Source of the DNA: Octopus sinensis | Lineage: Eukaryota | NCBI RefSeq assembly: GCF_006345805.1 | Contig: NC_043009.1 | Span: 68,820,001 to 68,884,000 of the forward strand | Length of the DNA: 64,000 bases | Direction: 5' to 3' | In this document: positions 55,101-64,000 of the stretch, in pieces | How the letters are laid out: each line of letters opens with the position of its first letter | Position numbering within the stretch: position 1 is the first letter of the stretch | Made by a program: the position numbers and the translations under genes | Notes under the pieces: generated by a model | Database searches by the model: none | What the model saw: the letters and a program-made list of their open reading frames with translations, nothing else | Told to the model about the DNA's origin: nothing

Positions 55101-57603
55101 TGCACAACAACAACTACGCCATGTTATGGCTGGTGTCCTTAGGGGAGTGTTGGGTGTCAGAAATATTAGAACTATAGACCGAGTGTATTAAATTCCTCCC
55201 TCTAAGCTCCCGGTTCAACTCTCATCACCCAGAAAAACAAGATGTGGGAGTCTGCTTGCGTGATTTCTTTCTGCCCTTCACACATCATCCACATTCAGGG
55301 CCCATATTACACTACTATGCTGCAAACACATGCATTATATAATCTAATCTTCATTCAGGGAGAAAGTCCTGTTATTATGAGCAGAGATTATCACCCCCTA
55401 AATTCAGTCCATATTCTCTAAGTTCAGTGTTTTTGAAATACTTTCCACGAATGTTACCTCTAATTTTTTTAACTGTAAGTGCACATAGAAATTTGCATTG
55501 TGGGCAAAGTTTGTCCTTTTTTTGCAAAGCATGAATGCATCCATGCGAGTAAACATTGCTCTAATCCCTTCAATTAAAAATATCCATTTCCATCTTGAAA
55601 ACCTTGTGTGCACATTTTTTAACTTTCCTAATTCTAAAATGTGTGCCCATGCTCAAGCACCCACCTTAGAGAGAATATTGACATCCACCTGTGCTAATTT
55701 GGTCATGCAGAGAATTTTGGCAGTCTTGTAAACATTTGAAAAAATTAATTTTGTGAGTGCTAACACCTGTTAGTAGTAAGTTAGAAACACAACCTTCCAG
55801 AGAAACAACTGCATCTCTTGTGACTCATAGTTTACATTTGGTACACAGTGCAGAGTTATACTACCTTTCTCATAGCAGTAAAACCATCTCTCCTTTCCTG
55901 GTCACTAAAAACTTTTATTTTTCCTTGGTTTACCCAGAAGCTTCTCAATCCTTGGCTTGCTTCTGTCTTTAGAATTTCTTCTAATTCTTCAACAGATTCA
56001 TCTATTTGAATTCGGTCAAAGTTTTCCACAGACAGTTGGTCTTTAATTCACCTGTTATGGTTTGCAGATGTACAGTAAGCTGGTGGGGCCTGAGAACATA
56101 GCTTTTACGGACACCTACCTGCATGCTCAAATCTTCACTGAACTCATTGTAAATTTTCACCTTCTGTTAGCATTTCTACATAACATCTCACAAATTGTTC
56201 ATCCACATTTGGTTTTCTTTGTAACTACCAGACCCTAGAGCAGCATGGTATGGTAATTTGTCAAAAACGTTTTTGTTGGGTTTTTTTCTCCAAGTCATTG
56301 AGTGCTGAGTATGGTGGCTCATTCTTATCCAAGAACTTCTCCCATAGATGCTTCTCTTGAAAGAAGACAATAGATGCATCTCGACCTTGCACAGCTCATA
56401 ACTATATCGCATCTGAGCTAATTTTCTTTCCAATTAGTTGTGTGTGACTTAACTTTCCTAAACCTTGTCCTTTCCAAAACACCTTCTCTGCCCTTGTAGT
56501 AAGTAATGAGGCTGCTACAATAACACTCCTGTGTTCTACCTGATTGATCATAGTCTCGCATGTGCCCTACGTTACTGGCTATTTTCAGTGTCTCTGTCAA
56601 CTGTCCCCAGATGGTCTGCTGCCTATTTTTGGCTTTGGTTTGTCTGGCTGAATAATCATGTCTCTCCATAAAGCTTCTAAGAGTGATCATAATATAACTT
56701 AGGGAGTGGGGTTTGTTTGGAGAATGTAAGTTCTTAGAAGTGCTGTAAAGAAGCTTATAAGTACCCCTCCCCCACTTCTCGTTAACTGAGGCAATTAATG
56801 CTGGTCCTGCAGTGATTAAGAGCAGAGGGTACTTCAACAATGTATGCCAGAAAGAGAACAAGATATAAGAGAAATATATACAAGTCAAAGGCAAAAGTTT
56901 TGCAGGCAATGATAATAGATGTCACAGATATCAGTAAATATGTTAGAAATGCATGTGCGATAACCGTGACTTGGCATTTACTCTGACTGCATTCGAGTAT
57001 CCTGTGTCAGAGGAAATAGTAGTAAATCTCTGTATATGCATGAACTGAATGAGGGGGGGGGAGTACGGTAACACTCTCGCTCGTTGCGGTTTCTGTCAGA
57101 CACGGGAGAGAGAAACAGCTTGCTGTGTTCAGGAGTCGCCAGTTCAGAACAAGGCCACTTACTCATCTAACGAAATAAATCAGAGAAAGATGTATGTGGA
57201 GTGTTAGAGAGAAAAGAGATGGTGTGGGTGGAAGAGTCCTGTTTAAAATTAATGGTAAAGATGGATGAATTATGTTAACACCCCCCCCCTCCTGGTGATG
57301 CTATTTGCTGGGAGTACGTAGGTGGATGCACCATCTCGTGCTGGTCTGGCTGAACTCAAACCCTCTCGTCACAGACATACTGTGTGTTTGCTCTTTTGTG
57401 GAATAACTAAATTTCTACAAATTTCACAACTAAATCCTGACATACTTTCTAACTATTCCAAGTATTTTATGTCCTATTTTTACCGTACTCACATAGATTA
57501 TCTTTCACTTGTTTCAGTCATCAGACGGCAGCCTCACTAGGGTACCACCTTGAAGAATTTTAGTCAAACAATTTTACTTCAGTTCTATATTTAAGAGATG
57601 AGG

Positions 57604-57850
57604 AATTATGTACATTATTTACATTTGATGGATATTTGTCCTCATCTTGTTTGTTGTTGACACAACGTTTCGGCTGATATACCCTCCAGCCTTCATCAGG
57701 TGTCTTGGGGAAATTTCAAACCTGGGTTCTCATTCCTAAGGTATTTTTCGATATTGTTGTTATTATTATTATTGACCTGATGAAGGTTGGAGAGTATATC
57801 AAGATAAAAGATGAGGACAAATATCTGTCAAATGTAAATAATGTAAATTT
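57604..57850. mobile_element. Fold-back remnant of a Penelope-like element terminal repeat
   Basis: Inverted arms 57604-57648 / 57808-57850 and 57675-57701 / 57775-57801; carries a hammerhead motif of the type found in Penelope-like terminal repeats. Confidence 0.65.
57659..57704 (-). ncRNA. Minimal type I hammerhead ribozyme (Penelope-type)
   Basis: Minus strand: GACAC-CUGAUGA-A-GGCUG-gaggguauau-CAGCC-GAAA-C-GUU-GUGUC. Perfect 5-bp stem I, 5-bp stem II, intact catalytic core, and palindromic AACGUU stem III. Confidence 0.8.
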
Positions 57851-57855
57851 ACTTC

Positions 57856-58075
57856 AGTGCTTAATTTTAAAGCCTAGTGCTTATTCTGTTGGTCTCTTTT
57901 GCTGAACTGCTAAGTTACAGAGATGTAAGCAAACCAACACCAGTTGTCCAGCGTTGGTGGGAGACAAACACACACACATGATGGGCTTGTTTCAGTTTAC
58001 CAAATTCACTCACAAGGCTTTGGTCAGCTCGGGGCTATAGTAGAAGATACTTGCCCAAGGTACTACACAGTAGTA
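57856..58075 (-). mobile_element. Partial SINE family B
   Basis: cctagtgcttattctgttggtctcttttgctgaac...caaattcactcacaaggctttggtcagc. Confidence 0.75.
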
Positions 58076-60386
58076 CAACTGAATGCTTTTCCTTTTGTCA
58101 ACCCTCTTAGTCACCTCTTAACAGCATGTAGGGATCTGGTGTACCTACTCTAAAACCAGGATACATCTGGTAATTACTAAGGTTTGTTTGCAACCCCTAG
58201 ATTTCCCAAGCAGTCACCTATCCACGTACATGTAGAGTGGACATTGTTTAACCGAATGAATTGTTGAGAACCATTTTAAGACATTCTTGGAGAACGTCAA
58301 TGCTTATTATGATGGTAATGTCTATTTTCTTTATATTTTGATGTGGCAGAATGGTTTTTGTGATTGTAAACCCCTGGAATTGGTGTCCAAGCATGGTTGC
58401 AGTTCACTTAATGAAAGAATAAAAGGACACAGGAATTATTTTATTATTGATACATGTAATGACTTGGTTTGTTAACATCTCGTCATCATCATCGCTTAAC
58501 GTCCATTTTCCATGCTGGCATGGGTTGGATGGTTTCACTGAGGTCTGGAGAGCCAGCGACTGTACCAGCTGGATGCCCTTCCTTATGCCAACCACTCCAA
58601 GAGTGTTGTAGATGCTTTTAAACAAACAATAACTTCCATTCCACCAGTAATCCAGTTCACTATGTATCAGCTGTGCTGAATCTGCCCATAAGGAAGGAAC
58701 AAATAATACAATGTGGCTGGAGGTCATAACACCCTGGCAACGCTGGGTGTTAGCTTGTTATTCAAGAAGACTTTTATAATGTTTTTGATGTTTCTTTTGG
58801 CCTCCTCTTTTTCGAATCGTGTTCTAATTAGATTTTTAAATTGAACTCAAACAAATGAGAATATTTTCTGCTGTGTCCTTCTGGGATTTCTTGCTTATTC
58901 ATAGAGATTTTAATAAATCTACTCAAGTTTGGAATTCATTAATATTGCAAAATATCTCGATGTTCAGTTTTGGTATCTGTTGAGTTTCCCTAACTGTGCA
59001 AATAAGATTTGCTGTATTTGCTGTCGATAGCACAGGAAAACATCAAGCAAGCGTGCATTTGTAGATCCTCGTCTCTTTTATGGAGTGAATTGCTCTGAGG
59101 CTGGATATGTTGTAATCCTTTGTATTTTGGCTTCAGTTACATCTGTAAATTACATGTACAACATGTTTTAAGCAGTCATTTATTAAATTAACTTTGATTA
59201 GTTAACTTAATTCTGTGTCTTGAGGAAAGGAGAGAGAGAGAGAGAGATAATTAAAGAAGGTAAAAGGAAGACCGTTATTTAAGTTGTTAATCATTTTATT
59301 AGTCAATACCTTGGTTTTAATTAGAGCTCTCAGCCAAAAGTTCTTGGTGCACTCGGAACAGTTGAAAAACAAACTCAACAGTTGGGTTTATTCTAGCCTG
59401 GAGTGTAATCTTCAATACGATTCTCCCGACACCGACAGATACTTAGCAGTTTCTAGCTTTAGGTGTTCATGAAAATTAGAAAACAATAAAAGAAAGAATT
59501 TTTTTCCCCTCCTCTTCAAAGATTTGAATAGCTATCATTTTTTAAAAAATATTTTTGTTCTATACAATTCATTCTGAAAGAAATTATATATGAAAACACC
59601 ATCGTCACATGCTTGTTTAATTTTAGAATATCATAGAATGATAACAGGTTGTTGGAATTGTGGTGCGGAGTGGTGGTGGTGGTGTCAGTTGGGGGAGAAA
59701 GAACAAACATTACTGTATCGTAGAAGTACTGAAAGCTTTCTGCTCCCATCTATTTCTCATGTCTTCCACAACAGAAGGACCCTGAAGAAGTGTTGTTGAG
59801 TCTGTTAGAAAGACTTCTGTTGAAAAGAAAAACAAAAACAAATTATTTAAGTGTTCTTAAATGAAAGAGAGAGAGAGAGAGAGCAAGAGTAATTGTCAGA
59901 AAGAAAAAATAGCAAAAGCAAAAACCCAAAGGAAACAAGCACACACACACACACAGAATCTGCCTCAATTATTTAAGCAGTCTCTCTCTTTTTCACTATC
60001 TCGGAAATAACTATTAAATTCCTGTCTCTAATTTACTTGACTGCTGAATACATCGAAACATTCTTATGACTAGGCTGTTAGGGAGGTAAGTTTGTTATTA
60101 ATACTGTTGCTATTATTAATATTAGTATTACTACTGTGTTGTTTTACTGATTACTAACTCCAGAACTTGCCACTACAAACCACCACTTTGTGCTATTCAA
60201 GGCTTTAAGCACAGAAAATAAGCCATTTTTGTTTTCTCCTTTATTTATCTTAACTTAAACTCTTCTAAACTTGTTGAAATAAGTCACTTTTTGTCCAGAT
60301 ACAGTCTTTTTTTTTTATTTCTCACTTTTTCTTTCCTTTATTTTTGTTTTTTATTCTAGTAAAGAGCACAGTTGTTGTTGTAGTTA

Positions 60387-60425
<39 letters not shown>

Positions 60426-60441
60426 TATTATTATTATTATT

Positions 60442-61090
60442 AAGGCAGCTCGTTAGCAGAATCATTAGCACGCCAGGCGAAATGCTTAGCAGTATTTTGT
60501 CTGTCTTCGTGTTCTGAGTTCAAATGCTGCTGGGGTTGATAGATTAAGTAGCAGTTACACACTGGGGATTGATGTAATCGACTTAATTCCTTCCCCCAAA
60601 TTTGAGGCCTTGTGCTTCCAGTAGAAAGTGTTGTTGTTGTTGTTAGGGTGGCAAGCTGACAGAATCCTTTCACTCTGGACAAAGTGCTTAGCAGCATTCC
60701 TTCCGGTTTTCATTCTGAGTTCAAATGCTGCTAAAGTTAATTTAGTCATCCTCTTGGGGTTGATTAAATAAAGTACCTGTCGAATACTGACATTGATGTA
60801 ATCGACCGACCCGTCCCCCTGAATCTCAAGCCTTGTGCTGCCTACAGGAGAAACAGTTATCATTATTATCATTAAGGCGGCGATCTAGCAGAAGCCTTAG
60901 CACCCTGGTCGAGATGCTTGGCAGCATTTCATCCATCTTTACGTTTTTGAGGTCAAATTCTGCTGAGCTCGGCTTTGCCTTTCATCCTTTCAGGGGCAAT
61001 GAAATCAGTACCAGTTGACTACTGAGGTTGATGTAATCGACTAGTCCCTTCCTTCAAAAGTTCCCTCCTTCTGCCTGTGCTAGAAAGGAT
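60442..61090 (+). mobile_element. Three head-to-tail SINE family A copies separated by (TTA)n/(TTG)n
   Basis: Three heads (aaggcagctcg, agggtggcaagctg, aaggcggcgatc) and three ggccttgtgc-type tails. Confidence 0.8.
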
Positions 61091-61096
61091 TATTAT

Positions 61097-61432
61097 TAGC
61101 TCCACCTTAGCGAAGCAGAGGTATTGTTTTCAGTCACATTTGTTTGTCTGTCCATGGACAAGATATCTCAAGAATCACTGGATGGATTCGGATGAAACTT
61201 TCAGGGATGTTTGGCCTCGTGACTGGCATGAACTGATTAGATTTGGGGATTGATCCTGTACCAGACAAGGATTCTTGATTATTTTCCTGGTTTTTTAAAA
61301 TCTTTGAGAGCGGTCAGGTTCATTTTTAATATTCTTGTTTGTGAGAACATTTTAAAAATCATCTCTGGCTAATCGTTAAGAGGATGTTGGTGTTACCTTG
61401 GCAGAGGTTTGCGCTCTCTGAGTGCTCTTGTT
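61097..61432 (+). mobile_element. Helentron-associated (HINE-like) element, short form
   Basis: Same termini as 43681-44273 (ctccaccttagcgaagcagaggta ... ggcagaggtttgcgctctctgagtgctcttgtt). Confidence 0.6.
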
Positions 61433-61439
61433 ATTATTA

Positions 61440-61790
61440 GTGTACCCTCACTGCATGGAAACTTGGGCGAGTGTCTTCTACTACAGCTTCAGGTCAACCA
61501 AAGCCTTGTGAGCAGATTTAGTAAATGGAAAGAGGCCCATTGTGTGTGTATATATATATATGTGTGTGTGTGTCATTGAGTTTGTGTTTGTCCCCCAATA
61601 TCACTTGACAACCGGTGTTGATGTGTGGTGTGTTTACATCCCTTTAACCTAGCAGTTCAACAAAAGTGACTAATAGAACAGATACCAGCTTTAACAAAAC
61701 TATGTACTATGGTCAATACATTTGACTAAAATTCCTTCAAGATGGTGCCCCAGCATGGCCGCAGTCTAATGACTGACACAAGTAAAAGAT
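61440..61790 (+). mobile_element. SINE family B, CpG-decayed
   Basis: ttgggcgagtgtcttctactacagc...cagcatggccgcagtctaatgactga. Confidence 0.75.
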
Positions 61791-62833
61791 TAAAAAAATG
61801 TGTGGAAAAGTTTAAAATCTTTGCTGTCTGTCCTTGAAGGCTACTTATTTTGAAGTTAATCTTCAGATTAGAGCTGTCTTTTATGTCTGAGCCAGAAGCC
61901 TGCTCCTAATCCTAGTCTTTTGGACTTTACTTAAATTAGCTTTTTCTGTCTGAGACTGTTTTATGTTGAATGCTTAACTCATGCATTTTGCATTCATATC
62001 CTGTGCTGGGGCCACGTAAAGAGCGCCCATGCTGGGGCCACGTAAAGAGCACTGATGCTGGTGTCACATAAAAAGCACCCAGTAGACTTTGTAAAGTGGT
62101 TGGTGTTGAGGAGGGCATCCAGCAATAGAAACCATGCCAAAACAGACAATTGAAACCTGCTGCAGTCTTATGACTTGCCAACTCTTATCAAACCATCCAA
62201 CCCATGCCAGCATGAAAAGGCATAGGTAACCTTTTCCAAGAAGCAGGCTCATCATTAGACAGACCACACTACTAAAACAAATTCAATTTATACAGACAGT
62301 GTAAAATTAGATTTAAATGGTATTTGCCAAATAGAAGAAAAGCATGTGTACAAATATAAAAATAGTGTATTATATAAACTTTGATTTGTTTAGCCTTTTT
62401 GATTCCATCTCACCTGAGGCCAACCCTGGTTATATGATACAAAACATTTATTTTAAAATGCTTCAATATAAATTTAAACCTTTTGTCATAGTTTTATCTT
62501 AAGAACTTTTCTGTAAGTTTTGTTGTGACCTGCTAAAAAGAGTAGTCAAATCATACTCAGCCATCTTGAAAAGCAACACTTTGAATAATATGGTCTGAGA
62601 TATAGAGTCAGAAAATAAGATGAGATGGTCGTAACTGGAATACCTTTGTTTGTAAATCTGCTCATTCAGTACTCGCCTGGGGTTAAACAAAAGCATATAA
62701 TAGTTTGTGAAGAGCTGGTGTCCCAAAGATAGCATAAAAGCAGAGACACGATATACTATACACTTGAAATTGGTTGTGGGAATCGAGACGAGAGCTGCAA
62801 GCTGCTGCTTTTATTTTTGTTTGTGTTTCACAG

Positions 62834-63390
<557 letters not shown>

Positions 63391-63739
63391 CTCCCTCCTT
63401 CATTTTGAAAAAATTACCAAAATCAATTCCAGGTGAGAATTCGATCGATAAAGCCATGGGAACGTGCATTTGGACGTGCAAGTACATCAGCTGTTGCGAT
63501 CGATACTACGTGTATACGAGAAAAATGCACAGTGTCACAAATTTAGGTGAAATCAGTGTTTGTCAAAGGGAGGCTTATGGGACGGTCGGACAAGTTGTTT
63601 TGAGGAAATTTGGTTTAAATGTTTGACAACTCAGCACCATCCATTGGACGGGGGTAGGGGCGTTTTGCTCGTCTAAAATATACCAGAGGAACATTTTTGC
63701 TTATCACTTGAAAAATATAAAGAACACTTGAAGATGCCA

Positions 63740-64000
63740 GTGTGGCTGTGTGGTAAGAAGTTTGCTTCATGACCACATTGTTCCAGGTTCAATCCCACTG
63801 CATGATACCATGAGCAAGGTATCTTCTATTATAGCCCTGAATCGACCAATGTCTTGTAAGAGGATTTGGAAACTGAAAGAAACCCATCATTGGGCAGGTT
63901 TATGATTGTGTGTGTTTGTGTCTCCTTGTCTTCACATGAGTGTTGTAAATGATTGTCCCCATCATACAAACGGTGTCATTCTTTTCCAATATTCTGCAAT
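63740..64000 (+). mobile_element. SINE family B, decayed, runs to window end
   Basis: gtggctgtgtggtaagaagtttgct...ttccaggttcaatcccactgc head. Confidence 0.75.

Noticed and set aside
56188-56909. 163-aa and 81-aa minus-strand ORFs
   Set aside because: Only vague resemblance to LINE C-termini; no diagnostic motif and no splice context.

Overview
AT-rich, microsatellite-saturated eukaryotic DNA. It is most likely from a coleoid cephalopod (Octopus-like); this is inferred from the tRNA-derived SINE families and the (TA)n/(GATA)n/(AAT)n density. Only one host coding exon is recognisable: the first coding exon of CYFIP/Sra-1 (62930-63142, +). A promoter-like, CpG-rich segment with a strong splice donor at ~33.3-33.6 kb is a plausible non-coding exon 1, which would imply a ~29 kb intron. 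Beyond ~37.5 kb the SINE copies show CpG-to-TpG/CpA decay, consistent with gene-body methylation. The rest is transposon debris: several SINE families, Tx1/L1-, RTE-, CR1/Jockey- and R4/Dong-like LINE fragments, non-autonomous Helitron and Helentron-type elements, a 285-bp fold-back element and a hierarchical tandem array. The most striking small feature is a complete Penelope-type minimal hammerhead ribozyme (57659-57704, -) inside a fold-back in the putative CYFIP intron; its sense-strand twin has lost the catalytic 3' half. I see no convincing new protein-coding system. Most ORFs in the supplied track are microsatellite or SINE artefacts. Boundaries of decayed repeats are approximate (tens of bp), and SINE family letters A-E are my own labels.
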